A stretch of DNA of 47,192 bases, counting the filler, from Jimgerdemannia flammicorona (Eukaryota): the NCBI GenBank assembly GCA_003990765.1. It is 2 parts of 2 records of this genome, joined end to end, with 100 filler letters (N's around TTAATTAATTAA, not from the genome) between each part and the next. Parts side by side here need not be neighbours in the genome. Positions count along the whole stretch, not along the records: positions 1 to 23,550 come from RBNJ01001094.1; positions 23,651 to 47,192 come from RBNJ01001095.1. One strand, written 5' to 3'. The notes below the pieces were generated by a model, which had not been told where the DNA came from, did no database searches, and worked only from the letters and a program-made list of their open reading frames with translations. How positions within the stretch are numbered: position 1 is the stretch's first letter; the number at the start of each line of letters is the position of its first letter. The position numbers and the translations under genes were made by a program. This document shows, piece by piece, positions 22,408-35,180 of the stretch.

Positions 22408-23194
22408 TGTAATAGAATGAAAGAGCGCAAACAGATGGGATGCAACGAGCAATCACAAATGATCACATGACCCGATGATGACGTCATCATATGATCGAGC
22501 ATGGCATATGAATAACGAGTGATGAACGATGCAAACAAATAATGCGGAAAACAATATTTAGATTATCCCTGACAATCAGTGCCGCAGCAACAGTTATCAC
22601 AGCTGCTGATCATTGCCTAGTAATTGAGGTCCTGATCACAAAGATATTCTTTACCAAAAACCACCTGACAAAGGTCATGATCACAAACCTCATTATAGTT
22701 ACCAAATTAGTCACTCATACTTAGTCAGAAATCACAGACCAACTTGTATAAATACCCCCCAGTTTCCATCTGAAATAAAGCAGTTTTAGTTCAGTCCTTA
22801 ATACAAGAACCAAGTCCCCCCCCACACACACATTTCCCTGAGTCTTAGTAATGACATCTAAGTGACTCTAGTGTTTCTGACTAAACTCCAGAAGCCTAGC
22901 TAACTTCTGCCAGAACTGAGACCGGTATATAAATCCCCAAAGACTTAAGTAAACCCATTAAACCTGAATTCCAAGGCAAATTCAGTCTGTGCACAGTAAA
23001 GAACAAGACCCTCGAAATAGGGCACAAGAGAAAGACCTTTGAAAGATAAGGCACTGCCGCTACAACTACTTAAAGCAAGCACTTCCTCAAACTGAAGGCT
23101 TCTTGGTATACATTGTGTACTAAGTCCCTAAGTAATAGTCCACTTCCCTAATTATCCAAAGGATAAGAGAGGGGTAGAAGTGAGAGTTATTACA
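22408..23194 (+). repeat. 3' LTR of G1
   Basis: Direct repeat of 14054-14839; TG...CA ends; followed by TSD GAGTG. Confidence 0.97.
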
Positions 23195-23550
23195 GAGTGG
23201 TTGCTGGCTGTATAAATAGGATTAGCAGGATACTGGTTTTATGTATTTGAGGATAAGAGACATCTGGGCTTAGAGATATGTCTGTTGTAGTGGGAAAGAC
23301 TGATGGAGGATACTCTGATGGGTTGGTGGTATGGGTGGGGACTGCAGGGTGGTCAGTGGCATCATTTGGTAGAGAAGATATGCAGACAGAGTGGGAAGAG
23401 AGTTGGGGTTATGAAAGATAGGGTGATTTTCAAGCATAAAGGAGTAAGGGGAGGAGGGAGTTCCCCTATAGAGATTGAGTAGTGAGAGGAGATAATGTAA
23501 ATATATATAGACTGATATTAAATGTCAAAGTCTGAGTAACTATAAAAAAG
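23195..23550 (+). mobile_element. LINE copy 4, right part (ORF2 end, 3' UTR, start of A-tail)
   Basis: Resumes homology with the 3' regions of copies 5 and 6; ends AGTCTGAGTAACTATAAAAAA at the gap. Confidence 0.85.
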
Positions 23551-23650
23551 NNNNNNNNNNNNNNNNNNNNNNNNNNNNNNNNNNNNNNNNNNNNTTAATT
23601 AATTAANNNNNNNNNNNNNNNNNNNNNNNNNNNNNNNNNNNNNNNNNNNN
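23551..23650. other. Artificial assembly linker
   Basis: 44 N + TTAATTAATTAA (stops in all six frames) + 44 N = exactly 100 bp. Confidence 0.95.
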
Positions 23651-23651
23651 G

Positions 23652-24225
23652 GATCTTTTGAAGCCACTGTCAGAGGGCATGTCACCAAGATTCATTTATT
23701 GAGCACCAGAGTATGCACTTGATGATAATGGAGAGATTCAGCATGATGAAGATGGCAAAAAAAAAATGATTCAACCTCCTCATGATCCATACCACTCTGA
23801 ATATATTATAAATGTTTTCAAGTATCTCTGGTATGATCCACATCAAGCACGGTAGAAGAATGTGTCTGTTTAGGAGATAACGATTCCACAGCTTGCATTT
23901 GTTCTAACTTTGGTAAATATGTCTCAAACTTTGATCTGTAAAATGACATCTCTCTAAATATTCAAGCTCATCAGATCTTTGTCTCTTCTTTTGTCAGTTG
24001 GAACATCTCACATTGCAGATTGACTCAAAGTTGAATGAAAAGACAGATGGAAAGAATTACAGAACGTGGATTAAAAGGTTGGAAAAACGTGGTCAGGTTA
24101 AATTGGAACTAAATCGACTTCAAAAGGAAGTATATGCTGTATGTACCACTGGAGATATGGATGGTGAGGGATCTGGTTCTGGATCAGTGAGTGACGTTGA
24201 AGATACACTAAATGCTTGGATGTGA
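23652..24225 (+). pseudogene. 3' part of a spliced decayed gene, tentatively DUF6532-like
   Basis: Exon 23652-23912 (RFIY..DPYHSEYIINVFKYLWY..ITIPQLAFVLTL, three stops), phase-0 intron 23913-23997 (GTAAAT...CAG), exon 23998-24225. Family call is by motif resemblance only. Confidence 0.4.
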
Positions 24226-24354
24226 AAAAGGTATGTAACTTTTGTGTTTTTCAGTCAAAACATTAGCAGCTTCTTTAATTTAATATCAGTATACTACTTC
24301 TTCTTTTATTATCATGCAGCTTTGGCTTCAATTCAATATATGGCTTTGCTTTCA

Positions 24355-24470
24355 ATTAAGTATGCAGATTGCGGTATGAATTGTAGTATGTGGATTGCGG
24401 GAAATAGATTGTGAGATGTGGATTGCAGTATGCAGATGGATTGCAAGATGTGGATTACAGTATGCAGATT
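24355..24470. repeat. Degenerate ~14-bp tandem repeat (GATTGCRGTATGYR-like)
   Basis: Recurrent gattgcggtatg / gattgcagtatgca / gattacagtatgca units. Confidence 0.7.
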
Positions 24471-24794
24471 TTTCTCTTTGAATGTAGCATGGCATTAATT
24501 TCATAGTATGAATATGTATTTTGGTTCAAATTTGTATATATGTCACTTATGCTAAATGATAACATGGATGACATTTTCAAATAGCCGTCCTGGGTGAAGT
24601 CACCATCGCTGAGCCTGCCCAAGCCCCCCGAAGGTAATGACAAACTCAAGCAATCTTCCCCTACCCCCCCCTCTACACTGCACTCTATTGCAACTTTGCA
24701 ATAATAAACTGCTGGAATTTTGGTTAGTGTCTTTGCATCTTGGGAAATATTTTTGTGGTGGCTAGATGCCACTTATATCATTGCCATTCTGTAC

Positions 24795-25927
24795 TTAGTT
24801 GTCATCATCAGACTCAATTCTCAATGACATAACTATGCTTCCCTGGTAGGCGCCATCAATGGGGATCTGCTATATGACAAGCTGTGGACGATCGAAGGTC
24901 AGGTTTTGCTGCTCCTGAACACTTGCTACATCAGCAGTGTCCTGTGAAAACTCCCTGGCGATGGTGAAGCAACTCTAGGTCCTGGCCAGAATATCACACT
25001 GCTTGGTAAAGAATATGAAAAAGATGTACAGTGCCTTCACAATTGCGAAAGGTGGTGTCGAATTCGATACTGTTGTCGCTGTTGTACACGATGACGAAAT
25101 TAATATCACTCCCATTCCTCTGAAAACTTGTAGAAGTAATTTGGTGGACTTTGATGCCGAGATCGCATTTTATCTGCTGATACTTAAAGGAGAATATTGT
25201 CACGATCCAGAGCAGTCAGTAGGTGGAGTCTTTTTTTCTTTTTTGAGAAAGGGGGGTAGAGCACCAGTATAGAATGGGATGAAAAGATAGAGGAAAGGGA
25301 CTGAGCGGACAGAATTAAATGGAGTTGTTGGACATCTTCTATCACTATGCTACTCTTATGCTCTTGCCCCCACATATGCTCATGTATTCACATATACTCT
25401 ATCTCCCTCCCACCCTCCCTCCCTCCCTCCCTACTCATCTTATATGCATTCTCCCCCCAAATCCACATTAACAAGCCCCCGTCTATGCCGCTGACCAAGC
25501 TTTCGACATAACTGTCTTTAGTCAGCATTTTGGTATTGGAGGTGATATATTGGAGCAGTACACCTCACCATTGCTGCTCTCCTTACCCTACCAGAGAACC
25601 TGGGTAGCCAGTGGATCATCAGCCCTGCAATTGGAAGGGATCAGGTAGGTCTTGGAACTGTGGCATATTCCGTGCCCTGAAAAAACACCACAACACTGCA
25701 CTACTTGTCAGAGTTGAAGACCTGAGTCTTGAGAGCATCCAGCTCCTCGACGATATGTTCACGTCTCTGCCTATAAAGACCTTGACCTGATGCTCTGGGT
25801 AGGCATGCAAAGATGGCTGTTTGAGGACCGTGGCAAGCCAGTTAGTGTCATTGATTATGCTTTTGTAATCCTTGGTAGGTTGACTGTTGATATCTGTCCC
25901 ACATTATGAAACAAGTATCGCATACAT
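24795..25927 (-). pseudogene. Caspase-like (peptidase C14) gene remnant
   Basis: With two frameshifts reads MYAILVS..SIINDTNWLATVLKQP..YPEHQVKVFIG / REHIVEELDALK..SVVVFF / SGHG..KTYLIPSN (His at 25672-25674). Downstream NFVIVYNS..FFTKQ.CDIL resembles a p10 region. Catalytic Cys segment not found. Confidence 0.5.
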
Positions 25928-26020
25928 TGAGATCGTATGTACCCATTCATTGCCACATTATCTACAGCAACCAGGCAGAAGATGGATACGCTCAGAAACC
26001 AAGTAAGAATATTTCTATTT

Positions 26021-26552
26021 AAATGTCTCTGTGACCGAAGCCTTATTTATTTCATTTATTATCTGGTCAGCAATACAGAAGCCTTATGACCATTCTATTT
26101 ATTTACTATCTGGTCGGTGAATGTCTCTGTAACTGAAGCCTTATGACCATTCTATTTATTTTATTTTATTATATTATCTGGTCAGCGAATGTCTCTGTGA
26201 CTGAAGCCTTATGACCATTCTACATATTTATTTTATTTTATTTCATTATCTGGTCAGTGAATGTCTCTGTGACTGAAGCCTTATGACTACTCTACATATT
26301 TATTTTATTTTATTTTATTATCTGGTCGGCGAATGTCTCTCTGACTGAAGCCTTATGACCATTCTACATATTTATTTTATTTTATTTTATTATCTGGTTG
26401 GTGAATGTCTCTGTGACTGAAGCCTTATGACCATTCTACATATTTATTTTATTTTATTTCATTATCTGGTTGGCGAATGTCTCTGTGACTGAAGCCTTAT
26501 GACCATTCTATTTATTTATTTTATTATCTGATCGGCGAATGTCTCTGTGACT
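26021..26552. repeat. 72-bp-unit minisatellite (~7-8 units)
   Basis: GAATGTCTCT starts at 26119, 26187, 26259, 26331, 26403, 26475, 26537; units differ in an internal (TATTT)n tract. Confidence 0.95.
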
Positions 26553-26619
26553 CACTGAACAATGCTGTCTCCCTCTCTGACACTGCCATTATACCCTATA
26601 TTAATAGGCCCCTGCACCA

Positions 26620-27130
26620 CTGACCAAAGACCCACCATTTTCTGACAACCTACTATATTCTGAAGACCTACCGTATTCTGAAGACCTACCATATTCCGAC
26701 GATCCACTGTATCCACCATATTCTGGCTTCCCAACAACCACCATATTCCAGCTACCTAACAAACTCTGACGACCCACCATATTCCAACTTTGTGACTCAT
26801 CGTATTCCCATCCCACTGTATTCCGATGATCCACCATATTCCGATGACCCACCATATTCCGATGATCCACCATATTCTAATGACCCACTATATTCCAATG
26901 ACCCACTATATTCCAATGACCCACTGTATTCCAGCTTCCCATCTTCTGATGATCCACCATATTCCGACTTCCCCTTTCAATGACTCACTATATTCCAGCT
27001 TCCCATCTTTCAACGACCCACTGTATTCTGACAACTCACTGTATTCTGACGACCCACCATATTCCGGCATCCTGTCCTCTGACAACCTATGGTATTTTGA
27101 CTTCTCATCTTTGGACTGCTCACTGTATTC
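26620..27130. repeat. 18-bp-unit tandem repeat (GACCCACCATATTCCGAT)
   Basis: Many degenerate units, giving DDPPYS / SEYGGS periodic translations. Confidence 0.9.
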
Positions 27131-27189
27131 GAGCTTCCTGTTGCGACCCAGCATCTAATATGGTACATATTGGTTTCATGCCACCTGGT

Positions 27190-27430
27190 CGCCCTTCCGT
27201 CATCTCGCCATCCGTCATCTCGCTATCCGTCATCTTGCCGCCCATCATCTCGCTGTCCATCATCTCGCCATCCATCATCTCACCGTCCATCATCTCGCTG
27301 TCCGCCATCTCGCCGTCCATCATCTCGTCATCTGTCATCTCGCTGTCCATCATCTCGCCATCCCTCATCTCGCCATCCATCATCTCACCATCCATCATCT
27401 CGCTGTCTGTTATCTTGCACTCCATCATCT
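27190..27430. repeat. 15-bp-unit tandem repeat (CCATCATCTCGCCRT)
   Basis: Visible periodicity; IISPS / EMMDG repeats in the ORF track. Confidence 0.9.
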
Positions 27431-27734
27431 TGTGATATCTTTGTCTTACAGTCTATTATCATTTTTAAGTCCATTATCATCATTTTGCAGTCTATTATTG
27501 TCTTGCAGGTGAAGTCATCATCATCATAACCTTATATCCTGTGGTCTATTATCTGCTGCATTCTTATTTCATACAATTGTAATATAAATATATATATATG
27601 AAGCATCTGGATAGGATTGTTCAGAAACTAGAGGCATATCTGGGTATAATTTTGAGAGTTCTAGGACAGTTCGAAAACCAAAGCAAAATATTTTTGCACA
27701 GATCCAGATATTGACTAGAATGCATCAAAACATT

Positions 27735-28006
27735 TCCAGATATTTTAGCAATGAGTGGGTAATTTTCATCTATTCCGGAACAATGTCCCCTAGTAACTAG
27801 AATAGTATATCTATACTGCTAAATTTGTTCTGGAACACCTCAGAACTGTGATTCTAGTTTCGTGATGTGCATATCCAGATATTTTAGCAATGATTTGGAT
27901 AATTTTCATCTATTGCAGAACAATGTCCTCTAGTAACTAGAATGGTATATCTATACTGCTAAATTTGTTCTGGAACACCTCAGAATTGTGATTCTAGTTT
28001 CATGAT
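27735..28006. repeat. ~140-bp tandem duplication ending at LINE copy 5
   Basis: 27735-27866 and 27874-28006 nearly identical (TCCAGATATTTTAGCAATGA...GATTCTAGTTTCRTGAT). Confidence 0.9.
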
Positions 28007-31000
28007 AGGAGGATCTGTTGGAGGCTTTGGAGGATCTGGAAGGGGCAGTTACTAGGAGGAGATTGGCCTGGAAGGAGTTTGAGGACAGGACAGTGGTGGG
28101 GGAGGTAGATGGGAAGAGGGTCCAGATGGAGAAGGGGGCTTGGGAGAGAATACAGAGGAGGAAAATCCAGAAGGAGCTGCTGCCAAGGTTGGGTGGGGGT
28201 AGGGCCAGTGGAAGCCCAGGGAAAGGAGTTGCAGGGTTGCAGGAAAGCACCTGGGCTGAGGGGGGAGAATTGGCCCAGGGTGGGGCTCAGACTGGAGTGG
28301 GAGAGGAGAGGGAAGGCAGTTTGGAGGTAGATGCTGCAATGGGTGAGGGTGTGTGCTCTCAGTATAGGGTCCTGGGTGGAGCTGAGGGGGAGGAGGAGTT
28401 GCTGGATGTGCCAGATGAGGAGTGAGATGAGTCAGTGAGGAGGAGTGCACTTATGGACCCCGAGGTGGATGGGGGACAAATCACTCAGAGTGTGGCGGAG
28501 GCAGTGGATGAGGAGAAGTGGATGTGGAAGACTCTGGAAGGGGTAGCGGCTGAAGAGCTGGGGGGTGAGGATTTCATGGTGATGGAGGAGAGGTATTGGG
28601 AGGAGATCCTATGGGTGGAGGAGGTGCTGAGGAAGATGAGGAATGAGATCCTAGCCATCCTCCTGGAGTCAGTGGAATACCAAGTTGATGATCAGCAAGA
28701 GGAGAACCTTCAGAAGATTGTGAGTAACAGGGCTCTTTTCTTGTGGAACTCAAGGAAGGGACTGGAAAAGTGGCATGCAGTCTGCTTGGACTACCGGTCC
28801 GATATGGAGGTAGTGGACAGGGTGGAATGTCGGAAATCTTGGAGGCACTGGATGCTCAGACTAATGTGGAGGGTGACTTAGAAGTGGAATGGTGCTTGGA
28901 TCTGGCTGGGGATGAGATGAGCATGGATTACTAGGCTGGGGTCGCTATTATAACATTCTTTCAATATGAATAGTACAACTAGGATATTCTCATTGAATAT
29001 TAATGGGTTATGGGGGGTGACTAGGAGGAGGTATATATTTGGATAGCTTAAGGGACTGGATGCGGACCTATTCTTATTACAGGATGTTCATTATGAGGTG
29101 GATGTGGACTTACAGAATTGGACTAGGGAATGGGGGGGTGTGGCAGTATGGAGGGGGGAAAGTGTGTATTCTTGTTTGGAAAGGGATGAGGGACATTGAG
29201 GACATTGGACATTGGGGGTCTCGAGTGGTGTGGGAAATGTGGAAGAGGCCTGGATGGGGCTTGTTGATAGTTGGGTCTTGCTACTGCCCAGCTGAGAGAG
29301 GGGAGAGGGTGGATTGGATTCACGGATTGAAAGAGGCTGGCGTATTGGGAGAAGTTGGGCTGGACTGTAAGGAGGGTGACTTCAAAATATTATGGGATAA
29401 GGAGATGGATAGAACAGATGGTGGGAGAGGCATGCAGGGCGAAAGTGATGGGTTGGGTGACTAGTTGGATACAGAGAGGTTGTGTTCTTTGGTAGACTCA
29501 GGAAGATTATTTTGGGCTGATTGGCAGGTGTACACACAATGGGCAGCAGGGCTGGGCTTCAGGATTGACTGGGTTCTGATGGCAGAGTATTGGGGAGCAG
29601 ATATCTGGTCAGTGCTGGAAGTAGTATGGTGTCCATAGTCTGATCACTGGGGGCTGCTTGGAAAGGGGAGGTTTGGGGGAAATGAGGATGGGCCTGAACA
29701 TTGGCAGCTAAATTCTTCCTTGTTGGAGGATAAGGTATTGTGGGAAGGTTGGGAAACAGAGGTGGTTGGAAATATTGGTAGGTGGCAAGAACAAGGCCTG
29801 GGAATTGGGGACCGCTGGAGAAGACTGAAGGCAACTACTCAGGGATATTAGAGGGAAGCAGGGAAAGAGAAGTGTACCCAGCAAAGGCGGAGGGTGCTGT
29901 GGGCCTCACAGCATCTGGCAGCACTTATGGAGAGATGGGCAGGTATGCTGGAGGATGGGGATGTGACTGATTGGCATATTGTGTAAATCCAGTGGGAGGT
30001 AGATGAGCTTAAAGGAGTGTTACAAAGGGAGGAGGTGGTGAAGTTGTAGGGAATGGTGGCCCACCTGTGGTGGCAGGGGCTTGAGGAGGGAGAGAGGCCT
30101 ACTAGGTTTTTGTCACAGTTGTTACAAGCATGATGAATGAAGCAATGGTGGGAGGGGGTTCTGGATGTGAATAGCATGTTGGTGGTGGGGTCTCTGACGA
30201 TTCTAGACCTATTGAGAACCCAGTGAGAGAATCTATGGAGTGAGGAGAATGGAGGAATAGATGCTCTGGACGTTGAGAGACAGCTGGGAGATTGGCACCC
30301 AGACCCTGCGATGGGCCTTGGGGCATTGGGGGACCCAGTGAGTGGTGAGGAAATTTGCAGGGTGGTGGCCTCGACGAGTAAGGGGACAGCTCTGAGAGAG
30401 GATGGACTCCCCTGGGATTTTTGGCAGAAGATGGCTGGGGTGGGCGAGGTGCTAGAGGAAATGACTGCTATGTGTGATGAAGTTCTACGGTCTGGTGCCT
30501 GAATTGGGGGACAGTACTTAGGGTTAGTCTCCTTGCTCTACAAGAATAAGGGGAGGAGAGAGGACTGGAAGAACTGGCGGCTGATTATACTTCTTGACAT
30601 GGACTGCAAACTGGTGACAAAGATCTTGGTGATGAGGCTGCAGGGAATCACTCAGCAAGTGCTTGATGTGGAGTAGCATGGGTTTGTTGGTGGTCAGTTG
30701 ATTTGAGATGGGACAGCTTGGGTTCATGGAGTGATTGAAGGTACCCGGGCGACAGGGGTGGATGGCAGATTGGTGTTTCTGAACCAGGAGCAGACTTATG
30801 ATAGAGTGTAGAGGATATGGCTGGAGGGAGTGCTGAAATGGATTGGAATCCCCCCAGGGTTCGAGGATCATTGATCAGCCTCTTGGAGGACAGTCAGCCA
30901 GCATTGGTCATTAATGGCCACAGGGGGGTGACCTTTCTCCTGGGATGTGGGGTGCCACAAGGGGACCCCTTGTCACCCATATTGTATGCCCTTTCCCTGG

Positions 31001-32717
31001 AGCCTCTCCTGGACAGAATTCAGCATCAAATTGGGGGTTTGGACATTTTAGGGATTAATTGGAAGGTGGGGGCCTATGCAGATAATATGGTGGTCAGGCT
31101 GGGCTCCTTGGCAGATGTGGGGGAGTTGTAGAGGTCTGTGGAATGGTATGAGAGGGGTTCTGGTGCTAAGCTGAACTGGCACAAGTGCGAGACTCTGGTG
31201 CTGAGCACTGGTATTATTGATGGTGATGTCATTGAGATGGTGGTACCAGCTGGTAAACCAGTGCGTTATTTGGGGATCTACTTCTTGGTGTTTGGATCTC
31301 TACTTCCCTGGGCATGGTGAGACCATAAACTTCTGGAGTGGGGAAATGTCCTGCTGCGATGGAGAGACTGGCATATGTCTCTAGCCAGGAGGGTGATAGT
31401 GCTGAATGTGTACTGGATGCCATTGCTGTGATATGTGGGGTATCATTTGGACTTTCCAACCTGAGTGGTCAAGGGGTTGTTGAAGATGGCGAGGTCATGG
31501 ATCTGAGGCAGGTGGCAAAGCCAGGTTGGTTGGGAGGTGCTCACACTGCCCTTGGAAAGAGGTGGGCTGGGCTTAGTGGATTTTACTAAGTGGCTTCTAT
31601 GTCTGAGAGCTTAGTAGTTGCGAAGGGCGAGCGAGCTTTAGGGTCATAAGTGGGTGCCACTCATGTAGAGGTTGTGGGAGGTTCGGTACTCCCTGCATGG
31701 TGACTCAGGTGACCTGCTCGCAATGGTGGCCATGGAAGAGAGTAGAAGGATGCGGTTCACTGACTTCTGGTGGGGAGTGGTGGATGGTACTAAGAAGATT
31801 ATACTTAGGTGGTGAGGTAATGAAGCTGAGGAGGATTGGGAACCATGGATATGGCCATGGGACAGGCTACTTCTGGGTGGTGTTCCAGTGGAAAACTTTC
31901 AGCTTCGCAAGGGTTTGGAGTATCTGTGAGGCCTGGGTGGAGACCTGTGGCCTGAAGCCTGGCAGAGGGTTGGAATTGGTGAGGAGTGGGATTGGAATGA
32001 ACTCTGGCTTTGAAGCAAATGGGTGAGACAGTGGCTGCCCCCCAAGTTCTGGTTTGTATGGTGGTGTGTTCTACAGTGGAATGTGATGTTGAACTATCAG
32101 TCTGGGCACTTGGTGGCCAGTGGAGAATTCGAGTGCAAGGATTGTTTCAATGTTGGTCAGGAGGGAGGAGTAGTACAAATGCCTGAACATTGGCTTGGTG
32201 AATGTGAGATTTTGGAGGAGTTTTGGAGATGTATTATGAACTGGGTAGGGCTGCATGTCTTGGAGGGTGAGGTAGGGGGGAGGTGGGGAGAGCTCTGCTG
32301 GTAACTGGTGGGTGGAGTTGGGGATGAATGGCTGACCCTTGTTTGGGCTTTGGCTATGTGGGTTGGGTTGGCTGGGCATTGGGTTCATGTCTTTGAGAAA
32401 GGTCGTCAGGTTGGGGTTATGGACAAGGTGGCATGGTGGGAATGGTTGCTTTTGGATATTTTGAATAGCTGGTGGTGAGGTTGGGGGCTGGGTGGGGGGA
32501 ACTGAAGGGGTTTGGTGTGGTGTATCTTCTGGAAGAGTGGTGGGAGGGTTCAGGTAGTGGGTAATTGGGTGGTGCTAGGGCAGGGGGAAGTCGAGGGGGG
32601 ATCGAACCCATGAGACATTGGTTGAGAGTGGGAGTGGCATTGTATTGTTAGAACTATAGACTTCAGTAATAAAGGGCAGTCCAAGAGACTATAAAAAAAA
32701 AAAAAAAAAAAAAAAAA
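28007..32717 (+). mobile_element. LINE copy 5 (divergent subfamily), 5'-truncated in ORF1, A25 tail
   Basis: ORF2 ATG 28966; GSCYCPA and GDF motifs; GVPQGDPLSP and GAYADN (30817..31131); CKDC..HWLGEC; poly(A) 32693-32717. Confidence 0.92.
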
Positions 32718-35180
32718 GCAATGTGCTAAGCTTACCGAGAGGCAGGTGGGCTTCCATAGCCATTGTATCCAATTCAATGCCCAGAAAGACAAGTGACATT
32801 GTTGGGCCTTCGACCTTATACTCTTGAATTGACCAGCCAAGATGACAACAGATGGCAAGAAGTAAACGTAGATTGGAGAGGGCAAATGGCCGGAATGGCA
32901 GCGAAACAAGGAGAAAATTGTCGATGTAGTGGATGAGTGCACATATGTCATGATGGTGGGCAATCCATGTGAGCAGTTCCACGAAAAGGTTGAAAAGAAT
33001 TGGTGATGAGGATGCACCAAAAGGAGCAAACTGATCGAAATACATAAAACTGCCCTGACCACTCGAAACCCAGCAACTCCCAATCCATAGGATAGATGAG
33101 AATATGATGATATACATCAGCAAGGTTGACCTTAGATAGAAGACATCCCTGGCCAAAATGACAAACTAAGTCCAAAGGCTCATTGAACTTAATTTAAGAG
33201 AGCCGGAAGGTGTCAGTATCTATGCTGGCATTCACTGAATCGCTGTGACAGAGCCAAGAAAGGTCATGAATATGACACCATATGCTATTAGAATTCTTCT
33301 TTGCGATGGCACCAAGAGGAGATGAGCGAAAGTATTCAAATGAAGGGGATGAGAATGGGCCACAAATTCTACCAGTGGTGACTTCCCGCTCGATGTCAGA
33401 TGTGATCACTTCCAGGTGGTCGAGAGCGGAGTGATGATTGTAGGACAGCAGGAACCGATAAGGCCCATCAAAGCTGAGAAGAGTGCCTTGAGTAATAGCG
33501 GTGATGGCAGCCTGAGCTACCTGTGGGTCAGGATACAACTGGAGCTCATGCACCCATGCGACAGGGTGAAGAGTGGAAGAAGAAAGAGAAAAATGACATA
33601 GAATGTCTTGAGCAGCTTCGTTAAGAGGGGTGGTAAATGGGCGATAGAGTAGGATATTTGGATCAGCCAGGGGTATGTGTAAAGAATAAACAAGCGTGAG
33701 TTCCTTGGAGCAAGATAATGGATTGTGGGAGCATCGATACCACAAATGATCACCATTGTAGTGAGAACAGAAATGCACATAAGGGCATCCTTTTCTGTTG
33801 CACCCAGGATCCTTCATAGGTGATCTATTGAATAGAATGCCATTGTATGCCTGACAAGTAGACTGTTGAGAGGTGTTCTCGGTAGATGGAGCGGAGGAGC
33901 CATCAGTAAGATGTAGCCCCCATTGTACATTGCGAGACTCGAAGGGCTTAAGTGGATTAGATGTAAAGGTCAGAGTTCATGGACATTGATGTAGACTAAG
34001 GATCATAAAGAGTTCGGGGTTGTGCCAGGCCCAGTGCTCACACTATATCAAAGAAACACCATCATTCACGATCTCTGCCAGTCATTTTGTGTCAAAGGAG
34101 ATATGATAATTGAGAAGTATGGACCAATATGATGACGTTGATAGTAAAATAAAATCCACAGCACATGAAAAGAATGGAGTAGGATCGGTGAGGTCTGGGT
34201 ATGCATTATGAAGAATGCTGAAATACATAAGCAGGGCGGCGAGGAAAGCAGAGATGTCCTGAAGATCTTTGATAAGAGATGGCGGCTTTCGAAGAATGAT
34301 CTGAGTACCTGATTAGTCAAACATTTCGATGAATTGAGTGTCAGGAAGACCACCAATAGAAACGACATTTTGCTCCAAGAAATGGCCAAGTGACATGGTG
34401 GTGAACGAATTGTTGACAACTGCAGCCAACAGCCATTGATTAATATGGGCATATTTTAAAGAGAGATTGATGCCTCAGACAATAGTATGGGCAGAGACAA
34501 CAGAAGGAGGTATAGGGATAGACTCACTCTGGGGATTACCAGCAGGGCCATGAATACCCATGGACCGAACCGAAGGGATAGTCGGTAAGGGCTAGGATGA
34601 GGATGGGGATGTGAGAACCACCGAAAGAGAGGCAGTAGCACAATTGATAAAGGCTTGATCAATGATGGAAGACATGTCCTGATCAGAAATGGCAGAAACC
34701 GCACTAGCAGGTGTCACCGAAGATATGATGTCAGGGTGAGAGTGTAAAAGCTGAAAAAGTTTGTTGAACTGATGGTCTTATACAGATGCATACTCTTGGA
34801 GCTGAGCAATGCTGGCTTTGATGGAAACATCAGAGGCCAGTGTGCTGAAAAAAGCTAGTCCGGCCGCCATAGCACTAGTGGGAGCCTTGGATGTGGCACG
34901 CACTAATAGATGCGTGATTCAGCAGAGTGTGGAAGTAGAGTGATCAGGGAGGGTGGTGAGATAATCCACAAGGATAGTAACATCAGGGTTCTTGCTATCA
35001 GATTCCGGGTTGTCTTGCAGAAAGTGGAGTACACACTCAATGAAATTAATGTCTGAGCAGAAAGAGCAGGTGGCAGAGCCCAGGTTGTATTGGCCCTTTG
35101 ATATATAAGAAGGGTCATATCGAAACAAAAGGCAGGAATTTGCAGAGAGGACCATGGTAATGTAATGAAATGCATACAAA
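32718..35180 (-). mobile_element. Ngaro/DIRS-like retroelement fragment (gag + RT), truncated at LINE copy 5
   Basis: Gag Cys/His finger PGCNRKGCPYVHFCSHYNGDHLWYRC; RT motifs SSPLGAIAKK..IHDLSW..SVNASI, LSKVNLADVYHHI..DWELLGFEW, PFGASSSPILF, HYIDNF, VEGPT..LVFLGIELDT. No RNase H or tyrosine recombinase seen. Confidence 0.85.

Larger units (their letters stand above)
14054..23194 (+). mobile_element. Full-length Ty3/Gypsy chromovirus-type LTR retrotransposon (element G1) with dUTPase and extra 3' ORF
   Basis: Two ~786-bp LTRs with TGTAATA...TATTACA ends, 5-bp TSD GGGTG/GAGTG, PBS, PPT, domain order gag-dUTPase-PR-RT-RH-IN-chromodomain. Confidence 0.97.

Noticed and set aside
23595..23606. TTAATTAATTAA palindrome as a biological site
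   Set aside because: Centred in exactly 44+44 Ns; an artificial six-frame-stop linker. Adjacency across it is not evidence.
25403..25432. (CCCT)n tract
   Set aside because: Ordinary short microsatellite.
26021..26552. CRISPR-like regular repeats
   Set aside because: Intervening sequence is the same (TATTT)n tract rather than unique spacers; no cas genes; eukaryotic context.
26552..27529. Repeat-peptide proteins (DDPPYS, SEYGGS, EMMDG)
   Set aside because: Units of 18 and 15 bp keep several frames open on both strands; no gene structure supports coding.
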